From the NCBI RefSeq assembly GCF_036323395.1, contig NZ_AP028907.1, positions 690,001 through 722,000 of the forward strand: 32,000 nt of DNA. Direction: 5' to 3'. The first letter of the stretch is position 1; the number at the start of each line of letters is the position of its first letter. A program made the position numbers and the translations under genes. Below, piece by piece: positions 24,061-32,000 of this stretch. Below the pieces are notes generated by a model. That model saw only the letters and a list, made by a program, of their open reading frames with translations, was not told the origin of the DNA and did not search any database. Source of the DNA: Pyrodictium abyssi (GTDB lineage: Archaea > Thermoproteota > Thermoprotei_A > Sulfolobales > Pyrodictiaceae).

Positions 24061-25386
24061 CTACCGGGCTGTGTTGCTTCCGGCCTCCCTTATCTCGGCG
24101 CCCAGGGCTCTAAGCGCCTCCCAGAACCCGGGGTAGGACTTGGCCACCACGTCGGCTGGCTCTACTACGACGGGCTTCTCGGAGACGAGGCCCAGCAGAG
24201 CAGCAGCCATCGCTATCCTGTGGTCGCCGTGGCTACTGTAGGCTACGCCGCCGGGGAGCCTGCCACAGCGCCCGACAACCTCTATGCAGAGCCCCTCGCC
24301 GGGCGCCTCCAGCAGCCTCGCGTCTACGCGGGAGCGGCGAAGCAGGTCCATAACCGCCTCGGCACGGTCGCTCTCCTTGAGCCGTAGCCTCTCCACGCAG
24401 CATATCCGGGAGCGGCCGCAGGCAGCCGCCGCGAGAGCCGCGAGGGTCGGCGCCAGGTCCGGGGAGTCGCGGATACAGACGCTGAAGCCCTGAAGCCCCC
24501 CGCTGGGCGCCTCGGCTGCGACGCTCTGGCCGCTGACCCGGATCCGGGCCCCCATCTCCCGGAGCACGTCGAGCACCGCGCGGTCCGGCTGCGGGTCGCC
24601 GGGGTCAACGCCCCGGACCACGGCCCGGCCGGCCAGCGCCCCCGCCGCGAGAAGCGGGGCAGCGCTGCTCCAGTCTCCCGGGACCCTGTACCTAGAGGGC
24701 CGGAGCGGCCCCTCGACCCGGAACCAGCTGTAGCCGTCCCTCTCCACACTGGCCCCGAACGCCTCGAGGACCCGGACCGTGATGTCCACGTAGGGCCGGG
24801 ACTCGAGCCCCTCAACGGCCACCTCTAGGCCTTGGGGGAGCCCCGCGCCCAGGACTAGGAGGGCCGAAAGGTACTGGCTGCTCTCCCTCGCGTCTACGCG
24901 CGTAGAGCCGCTGCGTGCCGGCCCCTTCACCGCGTGCGGCGGGCAACAGCCACCGGAGAGCAAGTACTCGACGCCCAGCCTGGCTAGGGCCTCGAGGAGG
25001 GGCCTCACCGGCCTCTTGTGGAGCCTGCCCCTCCCGTACACGAGGACCGGCTTATCGAGGAGCGCCGCCACGCCCGTCACAAGCCTCATCGTAGTCCCCG
25101 ACTCGGCCGCGTCTATGCAAGGGGTCCACTCCAGCGCTCCTGCTCCCGGCGAAGCCAGCTCCAGGGCCCCGTCCCCCTCTACGCTGGCGCCTAGCTGCTT
25201 GACGGCTGCGAGCGTGGCCCGAGTGTCGTTGCTCCAGAGCGGGTTCTCTACCACAGACCTTCCCGCCGCTAGGAGCCCGGCGAGGAGCGCCCGGTGGGTG
25301 TAGCTCTTCGAGGGCGGCGCCTCCACGCTGCCATCGAGCCGGGAGGGCGCCACCTCGACCCTCCTGGGCAGCCACGCCTCCTGCAT
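24061..25386 (-). CDS. aroA: 3-phosphoshikimate 1-carboxyvinyltransferase (EPSP synthase)
   Basis: 441 aa. Signatures are PPSKSYTHRALLA, SSQYLSALL, RLKESDR and GDHRIAMAAALLGL. Confidence 0.95.
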   Translation of the reverse strand: MQEAWLPRRVEVAPSRLDGSVEAPPSKSYTHRALLAGLLAAGRSVVENPLWSNDTRATLAAVKQLGASVEGDGALELASPGAGALEWTPCIDAAESGTTMRLVTGVAALLDKPVLVYGRGRLHKRPVRPLLEALARLGVEYLLSGGCCPPHAVKGPARSGSTRVDARESSQYLSALLVLGAGLPQGLEVAVEGLESRPYVDITVRVLEAFGASVERDGYSWFRVEGPLRPSRYRVPGDWSSAAPLLAAGALAGRAVVRGVDPGDPQPDRAVLDVLREMGARIRVSGQSVAAEAPSGGLQGFSVCIRDSPDLAPTLAALAAAACGRSRICCVERLRLKESDRAEAVMDLLRRSRVDARLLEAPGEGLCIEVVGRCGRLPGGVAYSSHGDHRIAMAAALLGLVSEKPVVVEPADVVAKSYPGFWEALRALGAEIREAGSNTAR

Positions 25387-25434
25387 TACCCTATCCAGCC
25401 CCCTACAGCGCTACCAGCCGCTCTAGAGGCCGCA

Positions 25435-25462
25435 GATATACCTATGCCCACCGGGCTCCCAC
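25435..25462. promoter_or_regulatory. aroA / shikimate kinase divergent promoter: TATA-like box plus hexamer direct repeat
   Basis: GATATA (25435-25440) is followed after 5 nt by GCCCAC (25446-25451)-cgggc-TCCCAC (25457-25462). This is the same 6-N5-6 arrangement seen at the trp promoter. Confidence 0.45.
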
Positions 25463-25478
25463 AAGGGGTGCTCGACGC

Positions 25479-26357
25479 GTGGCGGCGCAGCAGCGTGAGA
25501 AGGGAAGAGCACACGGAGCCCTAGGGATAGTCAACGCTATCGGCAGCGGAGGCTACGGAGCCGCTGCAGCACTCGACCTCGGCGTAGAGGTGGAGGTGTG
25601 GAGGTGTAGCCGCCCAGCCGGCTACACGGTGACCCGGGGCCAGCGTGTCGACATAGACCCGGCAATACTCGACGCGGTCGCGGAGACCGCGGGCAGCTTC
25701 CTCGGGCGCAGCGTCGGCCCCGTATGCGCGAGAGGCTCCTCGGAGGTGCCCCTCGAAGCCGGGCTTAAGGGGAGTAGCGCGCTAGTCAACGCGCTGCTAG
25801 AGGCTGTGCTAGGCCTCCACGGCGTCTCCCTCGGCGTAGAGGAGCTGGCCCGGCTCGGCGTAGAGGCGGCGCGGCGCGCCGGGCTCACCGTCACCGGTGC
25901 TCTGGACGACCACTTGGCCGTGAGCGGGTGCGGCGCGTACGCCACAGACAACAAACGCCAAGCCATAGTGGCGCGCGAGCCCAGCCTAGGCGGCTACGCC
26001 GTGATAGCTGTGCCCGGGCGCCGAAGCATAAGGGGCATAGACCCCGGGGCCTTCCGGCGCTACGAAAGGCTCTACGCCGCCGCGTGGAGGCTTGTGCTCG
26101 CAGGCGACTGGCACGCAGCCGCCACCGTGAACGGCGTCGCCACAGCAATGGCCACGGACGATGAGCCGCGGAGGCTCCTAGTACTCCTGGCGGAGGACGG
26201 CGTAGAGGCTGTAGGGGTGTCCGGCAAGGGCCCCGCAGTCTACACCATCACGAGCAGCACGGACACAGTCCCCAGGATCAGGGCTGCGCTGGAGAAGGCA
26301 GTAGGAGCCCCCACCCTCGTCTCCAAGCTTCTCCCCTGCACCCAGGCCCCCCGCTAG
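25479..26357 (+). CDS. aroK: Shikimate kinase, archaeal GHMP-kinase type
   Basis: 292 aa with a GTG start. GIVNAIGSG and the GHMP motif GLKGSSALVNALLEAV are present, and the gene sits in aro context. It is not the bacterial P-loop AroK fold. Confidence 0.85.
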   Translation: MAAQQREKGRAHGALGIVNAIGSGGYGAAAALDLGVEVEVWRCSRPAGYTVTRGQRVDIDPAILDAVAETAGSFLGRSVGPVCARGSSEVPLEAGLKGSSALVNALLEAVLGLHGVSLGVEELARLGVEAARRAGLTVTGALDDHLAVSGCGAYATDNKRQAIVAREPSLGGYAVIAVPGRRSIRGIDPGAFRRYERLYAAAWRLVLAGDWHAAATVNGVATAMATDDEPRRLLVLLAEDGVEAVGVSGKGPAVYTITSSTDTVPRIRAALEKAVGAPTLVSKLLPCTQAPR

Positions 26358-26403
26358 AGATCAGATCCGTGAGACTTATCCGGCCATACAACCCTAGCAT
26401 GCA

Positions 26404-26838
26404 CTATTCAACAACATCCACGCCGACCCTCCGGGCTACCTCCTTCAGGTACTCATCCATAGTAGCCAGCTGGCTGCCGAACCGCTTAGCCGTAGCAAGT
26501 ATAAGCGCGTCATTAGGTAGGAGGCCATAATCCTTGACCGGCGAGGCCGCTTCCTTTAGTATCTCTGCGTCCTCCTCGAGGACGACACATGAGAATAACG
26601 CCCTCTCCACGTCATCGAGGTTGACAGACCTGACCAGTCCTGGATTCCGCTTTAACGCCTCCGGAGGCTTTCCACTCCTCTCCCGTATATGGATGTAAAG
26701 AGCCTCAGAGAACACGATAGCGTTTATGCAGGGCGTCGCTGCCAGCTCCATGATCCTCCTCACTAACCTAACAGCGTCAGGATTATTTTTGCCGTACTCG
26801 ATGAATACACTCGAATCAATAAAGACTCGCCTGCTCAT
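26404..26838 (-). CDS. vapC: PIN-domain ribonuclease toxin (VapC)
   Basis: 144 aa. MSRRVFIDSSVFIEY (first acidic residue), SEAL, LLPNDALILATA and ATMDEY give the conserved acidic quartet pattern of PIN domains. Confidence 0.9.
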   Translation of the reverse strand: MSRRVFIDSSVFIEYGKNNPDAVRLVRRIMELAATPCINAIVFSEALYIHIRERSGKPPEALKRNPGLVRSVNLDDVERALFSCVVLEEDAEILKEAASPVKDYGLLPNDALILATAKRFGSQLATMDEYLKEVARRVGVDVVE

Positions 26839-27045
26839 ACCATTCCTCCCGCTCCGCCTTCCCGGAGTACGTTCCCCGCAGCTTCTCTAGAGCACCCACC
26901 AACTCTAGCCATCGGGCACCCCGAACCACTAGTATCACTTCTCCATCCCTGATCTCGACCTTCAGTCTCTCCCCGGTCTCAGCTTTAGCTTTTTAGCCAC
27001 CTCCTCGTCGAGACGAATAGTCCTCTCATCCAGCACTATAGCCAC
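26816..27045 (-). pseudogene. vapB: AbrB/SpoVT-type VapB antitoxin, frameshifted
   Basis: GTG 27045 gives MAIVLDERTIRLDEEVAKKLKLRPGRD, stopping at 26962-26964. The expected continuation (G)ERLKVEIRDGEVILVVRGARWLELVGALEKLRGTYSGKAEREEWYEQ runs in another frame to TGA 26816-26818. The shift is at the G4 run at 26971-26974 (minus strand). Confidence 0.6.
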
Positions 27046-27204
27046 ACAAGCCACCAATGTAGGGCAGCATAATGGAGAGGTTAAAAAGAGGCCACACTAC
27101 CGACAGACCCCTATCACGAAGCTAGCAATCCTCGTGAAGACTACAGCATAAGCGGCAAGAGAGGCAGGCATACGCTACAAAGTGAGGCTACATTATTGTG
27201 TAGA

Positions 27205-27772
27205 CTACCAGCTGTCGTCGTACTCCACCAGGCAGCCAACCACTCTGCCCCTATCATCGTAGAGGAGCATAAACCTGTTAGCACGCCAATGCGCCGAGCT
27301 AAAGTAGACAGCACTAACGATATCAACCATGCCTCCAGAGATGTTGAATATGAGCCCCAGGCAAAGAATCAGCCCAGCGAGCCCGTGACGAGGCCAGACC
27401 TTACCACCGCTAGTATAATCACGCTCAGTACCTGCGGAGCAACGGCGACTATAAGGTATTGAAGGGGCGTCATCCAGAGATAATCCATCATTATAGCACC
27501 TATGTGGGAACGCCGTCCTAATCCTGACACCCTGGACACCCATAAGCCGTGCAGAAGCGGCGTGAACGAGTTCATGGAGCAGTGCAATACCTACTTAATA
27601 CCGCTACAAGAGTAACAATATTTATCTCGACTACGCAGACCCTACTGCAATGCATAAGGTTGCCACATAGTATAGAAACGTACCTTGCCAGCACAATAGG
27701 TGCTACAAGTGCAGCAACAAGGCCTGCGTATACGCTCCAGGCTCTCCGCAGGACCACTCTCCTCTGCTCCAT
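27205..27772 (-). pseudogene. Decayed membrane HExxH (zincin-like) peptidase gene
   Basis: Pieces lie in three frames:
- MEQRRVVLRRAWSVYAGLVAALVAPIVLARYVSIL...IVTLVAVL, from ATG 27772
- VGIALLHELVHAASARLMGV, with HELVH at 27562-27576
- SHIGAIMMDYLWMTPLQYLIVAVAPQVLSVIILAVV, in the frame of ORF 27369-27587
- LAGLILCLGLIFNISGGMVDIVSAVYF..., running to stop at 27205
The gene resembles DUF3267-type 'putative zincin peptidase' membrane proteins; this comparison is from memory. Confidence 0.55.
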
Positions 27773-27835
27773 AGCTCCATCGATCCGTCCGCTATATTCC
27801 TATACCTCAAATAAATATGGTGCATCACGCTGGTG

Positions 27836-28597
27836 CTAGAGCTGGCGTAGTAGGTATTTCTCTGTGAGTTTGCTGCGTGGCTCTGTGAATACTCTGCTCG
27901 TCGGCCCTACCTCTATAAGCTCGCCGTAGTAGAGGAACGCGGTATAGTCTGCTATGCGCGCCGCCTGCTGCGGGTTATGCGTCACTATGATTATTGGTAT
28001 CTCCTTCTTTAGGTCGAGCACGAGCTCCTCTATCTTCTCCGTGGCTACCGGGTCTAGGTTTGCTGTAGGCTCGTCCATTAGGAGTAGCCGGGGCTTTAGT
28101 GCCAGGGCGCGGGCTATGCTTAGCCTCTGCTTCTGCCCGCCGCTCAGCTTCGCCGCCGGCATGTGGAGGCGGTCTTTCACCTCGTCCCAGAGGTACGCCC
28201 TCTCTAGGGCCCAGCGGACTAGCTCGTCTAGCTCCTTCTTACTCTTCACCATCCGGTTCAGCCTGGGGCCTATAGCCACGTTGTCGTATATGCTCATGTG
28301 GGGGAAGGGGTTCGGGTGCTGGAACACCATTCCTATGCGGCGCCGCACCCACGTGGGGTCAACATTCGGCGCGTAGATGTCTATGCCGTCGAAGTATACA
28401 TGGCCCTCTACGTGGACGTCCTCGTAGAGGTCGAGGAGCCTATTGAAGGCGCGGAGTAGCGTTGACTTGCCGCTGCCGCTGGGCCCCATGAGCGCGAACA
28501 CACTCTTGTCTGGGACCTCTAGGCTCACGTTCTTTATCACGTGCTTGTTGCCGAACCATATGTTTAGGTTCTCTGCTTTCAGCACGTAGCCGGCCAT
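27836..28597 (-). CDS. pstB: Phosphate ABC transporter ATP-binding protein
   Basis: 253 aa. Walker A is GPSGSGKST, the signature motif is LSGGQKQRL and Walker B is LLLMDEPT. The PstB-typical N-terminus reads [17 protein letters not shown]. Confidence 0.95.
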   Translation of the reverse strand: MAGYVLKAENLNIWFGNKHVIKNVSLEVPDKSVFALMGPSGSGKSTLLRAFNRLLDLYEDVHVEGHVYFDGIDIYAPNVDPTWVRRRIGMVFQHPNPFPHMSIYDNVAIGPRLNRMVKSKKELDELVRWALERAYLWDEVKDRLHMPAAKLSGGQKQRLSIARALALKPRLLLMDEPTANLDPVATEKIEELVLDLKKEIPIIIVTHNPQQAARIADYTAFLYYGELIEVGPTSRVFTEPRSKLTEKYLLRQL

Positions 28598-28599
28598 GG

Positions 28600-29469
28600 C
28601 TACAGCCGCACCCCTTTCACGAGGAGCCTGGCTACCACCATTATCGTGAACACTATGGCTAGGAGGACTAGGCTTGCGCCCCAGGCTAGCTCGTGGTAGC
28701 CCGGCCCAGGCTGCTGTATAAACTCGTAGATGAGGAGGGGGATAGCGCCGCCGGGCTCTGTGAGCCCCGTGGGGGGCCGATTGAAGGCGCCTCCTATGGT
28801 GAAGAGTAGGGGCGCGGTCTCGCCCGCCACCTTGGCTATGCCGATCAGTACGCCGACTATTATGCCGCGGCGGGCGATGCCCAGTATTACGCGGTATACT
28901 GCCTTGAGTCGGGATACTCCTAGGCTGAAGGCTGCCTCGCGCAGGTCGTGGGGGACGCCGCGGAGCGCTTCGCTTACCTGGACAGCCACGTACGGCATCA
29001 TCACCAGCGAGAGGGCTAGCGCGCCAGCCAGCATGCTGTAGGTGCCCATGGGCTGGACCACGGTGGCGTATATGTAGAGGCCTACGAGTATCGTTGGGAA
29101 CTCTACGAGGAGGAGGCTGAGCACTAGTACTAGTCTCGATATCCCTGCGCGCCGGAACTCGGCGACAAACACGCCGGCGAAGAGTGCTAGGCTCACGCCT
29201 ATGGCTGAGGCGAGCGCTATGAGCATAGCTGAGCCTAGCAGGACAGGGCCTATACCGCCAGGGTTGCTTGGGTTCTGGGGCTGTGGCGGCGATGTCAGGA
29301 AGTCTAGTAGCCCTACCTTTGCTATCACCTTGGCGCCGTTGACTACCACTGTGTAGACTATGTGTGCTAGGGGCGCTACTGCTAGGAGGGCTAGTGACGC
29401 GAAGACTGCTAGGCCTAGGATGTTAGCTACGCGTCTTCTCTGCTCTATCCTAGGGGCTGCGCTAGACAC
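28600..29469 (-). CDS. pstA: Phosphate ABC transporter permease PstA
   Basis: 289 aa and polytopic. The EAA loop is [26 protein letters not shown]. It is positioned between pstC and pstB. Confidence 0.9.
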   Translation of the reverse strand: MSSAAPRIEQRRRVANILGLAVFASLALLAVAPLAHIVYTVVVNGAKVIAKVGLLDFLTSPPQPQNPSNPGGIGPVLLGSAMLIALASAIGVSLALFAGVFVAEFRRAGISRLVLVLSLLLVEFPTILVGLYIYATVVQPMGTYSMLAGALALSLVMMPYVAVQVSEALRGVPHDLREAAFSLGVSRLKAVYRVILGIARRGIIVGVLIGIAKVAGETAPLLFTIGGAFNRPPTGLTEPGGAIPLLIYEFIQQPGPGYHELAWGASLVLLAIVFTIMVVARLLVKGVRL

Positions 29470-30463
29470 GGCTTATCTCCTCCTCCCAGCGCTTTATGTA
29501 GAGTATGCCTATCGTGTTGACTACTAGGCCTATGGCGAACAGTGCGAGGCCTCCGGCGAATAGCGCGCTCTCCATGTACTCGTAGTAGCTGGCTGACTTG
29601 AACATGCTGGCTATTAGGCTCGACACTGTAACACCGGGTCTTGAGACTGCTATCGGTGTGTCGAGCGAGTTTCCTATAACCAGGCTCACTGCTACCGTCT
29701 CGCCCATAGCCCTGCCGAAGGCGAGGATTAGCCCAGCTATTATGCTCGGCTTTATCGCGCCGAGTAGTATCCTTATCGTCTCGAACTTAGTCGCCCCCAC
29801 ACTGTACGCGGCCTCTCTCAAATGCCGTGGAACCATTGAGTATGCTTCGCGTATTACTGCCGCCGCGTAGGGTACCACCATTATGCCGAGCATCACGCCT
29901 GCTGTTGCTATAGTGTACCCGGTTACGGGGCGCTCGCTGAAGAACGGTATCCAGCCAAAGTGTTGGTACATGAACCCTAGTATCTCCTTCATGGTGGGGG
30001 CTAGGTAGGTGGCGCCCCATATGCCGTATACTATCGTGGGCGTAGCCGCCATCAAGTCTACGAGTACGGCTACTGCGCCCCGTAAACGCCTCGGGGTAAG
30101 CTCCTCTATCGCGACCGCTAGGCCCACGGCTAGGGGCGCTGCTATGAGGATGGCTATTACGCTTGTGTAGAGTGTGCCGTAGATCGCGGCTAGCAGCCCG
30201 TACTCCTCCTTCTCAGGGTTGTCCTCTACAGCCCTCCACGCGTTCTTGGTGAATATCGATAGCCCCTCATGCTCCAGCACGGGCAGTGACTTGATGAGTA
30301 TGACTGCGAGCATGGAGGTGAGTATGAGGAAGACTAGGAGTGGTATAGGCAGGTGTAGTAGGAAGAAGCGTTTGTCGTCCCGGCTACGGAGCCGGGGCAG
30401 GAAGCCCTCTAGGCTTAGCCTAAAAACCCTAGATCTGCCCCTGGAGGCCGGCTTCCTCTCCAA
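29462..30463 (-). CDS. pstC: Phosphate ABC transporter permease PstC
   Basis: 333 aa with a TTG start and polytopic. The EAA loop is EAAYSVGATKFETIRILLGAIKPSI. The start codon choice is uncertain. Confidence 0.9.
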   Translation of the reverse strand: MERKPASRGRSRVFRLSLEGFLPRLRSRDDKRFFLLHLPIPLLVFLILTSMLAVILIKSLPVLEHEGLSIFTKNAWRAVEDNPEKEEYGLLAAIYGTLYTSVIAILIAAPLAVGLAVAIEELTPRRLRGAVAVLVDLMAATPTIVYGIWGATYLAPTMKEILGFMYQHFGWIPFFSERPVTGYTIATAGVMLGIMVVPYAAAVIREAYSMVPRHLREAAYSVGATKFETIRILLGAIKPSIIAGLILAFGRAMGETVAVSLVIGNSLDTPIAVSRPGVTVSSLIASMFKSASYYEYMESALFAGGLALFAIGLVVNTIGILYIKRWEEEISRV

Positions 30464-30508
30464 TTCCGGCGATACCCCGCCTCTAGTGCCAGGTGTTGCT
30501 CGCCCAGT

Positions 30509-31663
30509 TCAGCCGCCGCACTCCAGGAGCTGAGCTGCCTGGGATACTACCTTCTTTAGTTGCTCGGGTAGCGGCGCATAGCCCTCGGGTAGGTTCTCTT
30601 GGCCCTGTGATCCTATATACTCTATGAATGCCTTCATCGCATTGCACTTGGCTGGGTCATCCCACTTCTTCCATACTATGAGGAATGTCTGGCCTGCTAG
30701 CGGATAGGCGTCTGGGCTCGCCGACGAATAGACGAACTCCCTGGCTACGCTGCTCCAGTCGTCGAGAGGGCTCGGCGGGTTGTTTATAGCGAATGCTGCG
30801 GACACTGTTTCGGGGCTTGGCGCCACGAACTTACCTGCTGGGTTCTGTAGCCTGGCGTAGGGCAGCCCATACCTTAGCGCGTAGGCGAGCTCGACATAGC
30901 CTATTGAGTAGGGTGTCGTCTTTACTGCTTGCGTCACGCCCTGGTTGCCCTCCTGGCCTATGCCGCGGCCCGTCTTGTCCACCGGCCACCGGACGGTCTT
31001 ACCTATGCCCACTTTATCTTCCCATTCCTTGCAGGTCTTAGCCAGGAATGTTGTGAATATCTGCGTGGTGCCGCTCGAGTCGCTACGGTGTACTGCTATT
31101 ATCTCCTTGTGTGGCAGCTTGTCAGCGACACCGGGGTTTAGCTCCTTTATGGCTGGATCGTCCCAGTAGACTATCTCGCCAAGGTATATCTTCGCTATTA
31201 CTTCGCCGGTTAGGTTTAGCTGGGTGTTGCCTATCTCTGGTATGTTGTATACTATCGCGACCGCGCCTAGTACTACGGGGAACTGTAGTATCTGGCCCTT
31301 GTACTTCTCCCACTTGTTGCGCGGTAGCGGCGGGTCGCTACCAGCAAAGTCTACGAGGTGGTTAAGGATGTCCTTGACTCCCTTCCCGCTGCCGCCGCCA
31401 GTGTACTCTATAGCTATACCCGGGTTCTTTGCCGTGAAGTCACTTATCCACATATCCATAGCTGGCTTCACGAACGTGGAGCCGCTGCCTAGCAGGCTTA
31501 CCTCTTTACCGGCTCCTCCGCCCGGAGCGGTCGATGTAGCCGTCGGCACAGCTGTAGATGTTGGCGCGGCCTTCTCCCCACTCTTACCCATTAGGGTTAG
31601 ACCGACTACAGCGGCTACTACGAATATGCCTACCAGTACCAGTATCGTCTTGTTGTTCAACAC
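30509..31663 (-). CDS. pstS: Phosphate-binding protein PstS (membrane-anchored)
   Basis: Signatures are GSGSTFVKPAMDMW, TGGGSGKGV and HRSDSSGTT. The ORF is open to GTG 31687. I prefer GTG 31663 because GGAGGTG (31669-31675) lies 5 nt upstream. The resulting N-terminus is MLNNKTILVLVGIFVVAAVVGLTLMG. Confidence 0.9.
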   Translation of the reverse strand: MLNNKTILVLVGIFVVAAVVGLTLMGKSGEKAAPTSTAVPTATSTAPGGGAGKEVSLLGSGSTFVKPAMDMWISDFTAKNPGIAIEYTGGGSGKGVKDILNHLVDFAGSDPPLPRNKWEKYKGQILQFPVVLGAVAIVYNIPEIGNTQLNLTGEVIAKIYLGEIVYWDDPAIKELNPGVADKLPHKEIIAVHRSDSSGTTQIFTTFLAKTCKEWEDKVGIGKTVRWPVDKTGRGIGQEGNQGVTQAVKTTPYSIGYVELAYALRYGLPYARLQNPAGKFVAPSPETVSAAFAINNPPSPLDDWSSVAREFVYSSASPDAYPLAGQTFLIVWKKWDDPAKCNAMKAFIEYIGSQGQENLPEGYAPLPEQLKKVVSQAAQLLECGG

Positions 31664-31716
31664 ATACCCACCTCCTATACTAGGCACGTGTTCTCCGGGA
31701 CCCCATGTTGCTGTCT

Positions 31717-31813
31717 CGGGTACCCGGTAGCCGGGCTAGGGTCTATAGAGTTCTACTTATAGCGCCTATAGACTGTCTAGAGGCTATGTAGAATAGTCTA
31801 GTATCTCTAGAGG
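31717..31813 (-). promoter_or_regulatory. pst operon upstream region with palindromes and phased TCTAGA-like motifs
   Basis: A 10-bp perfect palindrome CGGGTACCCG lies at 31717-31726. The inverted repeat GTCTATAG (31741-31748) / CTATAGAC (31766-31773) flanks a TATA-like CTATAAG (minus strand). The direct repeat TCTAGAGG occurs at 31776-31783 and 31806-31813, 30 nt apart. Related TCTAGT is at 31797 and ACTAGA at 31817. Confidence 0.35.
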
Positions 31814-32000
31814 ACACTAGAGAATGCCAAGGAGCGCCCTGCGGGCAGAGCATAGGGGATGAGGAGTAAGTTGAGGGGACGGCTCCGGAGCTCAGCCTAG
31901 GTGTTGTACCGCACTGCCCCAGGGCCGGGGGCTGTCCTGGGGCTCGGCCTCGGCTGTAGTCAGCACAAGCCCATGCTACTCTACCCGGGGCTACACAGGT

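Noticed and set aside
27141-27839. ORFs 27141-27326-, 27196-27462+ and 27549-27839+ in the AT-rich islet.
   Set aside because: They are antisense or out of frame relative to the recognisable HExxH membrane protein remnants, and have no motifs of their own.
31745-32000. Minus-strand frame open from the right window edge through the pst upstream region. A possible plus-strand GTG start at 31911 was also considered.
   Set aside because: The translations are Ser/Pro/Gly/Arg-rich. The minus frame runs straight through the AT-rich promoter-like repeats. There is not enough sequence to support either as a gene.
1-32000. Looked for CRISPR arrays, tRNA/rRNA genes, IS elements or transposases, integrases and long exact repeats.
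   Set aside because: I recognised none by eye. The intergenic regions are short and the only repeat structures are the short regulatory-type motifs and coding low-complexity tracts listed above. A computational scan (tRNAscan, Infernal, CRISPR finders) would be needed to exclude small RNAs.

Overview
This is a visibly GC-rich archaeal chromosome segment. Several hallmarks point to a crenarchaeon, probably a hyperthermophile of the Desulfurococcales type; this taxonomic call is an inference. The hallmarks are AGG/ATA-rich codon usage, a GHMP-type shikimate kinase, a split transketolase, a TrpB2-type tryptophan synthase beta subunit, PIN toxins and TATA-box promoters.

Most of the window is an aromatic amino-acid supercluster:
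- aroE 3' end at 1-293
- a complete 7-gene trp operon on the minus strand, trpA-B-D-F-E-G-C, at 8393-14846
- DAHP synthase-aroB-aroD at 17023-19626
- split transketolase plus a chorismate mutase/prephenate dehydrogenase fusion at 19891-22620
- aroC-aroA at 22900-25386
- archaeal shikimate kinase at 25479-26357

The right end carries a pstSCAB phosphate ABC transporter operon at 27836-31687.

Accessory content:
- a NikR-like regulator sits divergent from a P1B-type ATPase that carries two frameshifts and an in-frame stop
- an unassigned gene trio lies at 2751-8319: a ferritin-like orphan, a ~1030-1060 aa secreted coiled-coil protein saturated with N-x-S/T sequons and containing K/E-rich disordered blocks, and a divergently transcribed single-pass membrane protein with a Thr-rich stalk and a C-terminal cytoplasmic winged-helix domain
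- an orphan dihydrolipoamide dehydrogenase and an AlaX-S editing protein
- a vapBC pair with a frameshifted antitoxin, next to an AT-rich islet holding a decayed HExxH membrane peptidase gene

The most interesting non-coding signal is a hexamer-pair motif. GCCCAC-N5-TCCCAC, or the inverted form TCCCAC-N4-GTGGGA, lies within 0-5 nt of TATA-like boxes at three separate trp/aro promoters. This suggests an undescribed operator for aromatic amino-acid control.

I recognised no rRNA, tRNA, CRISPR array, transposase or integrase.
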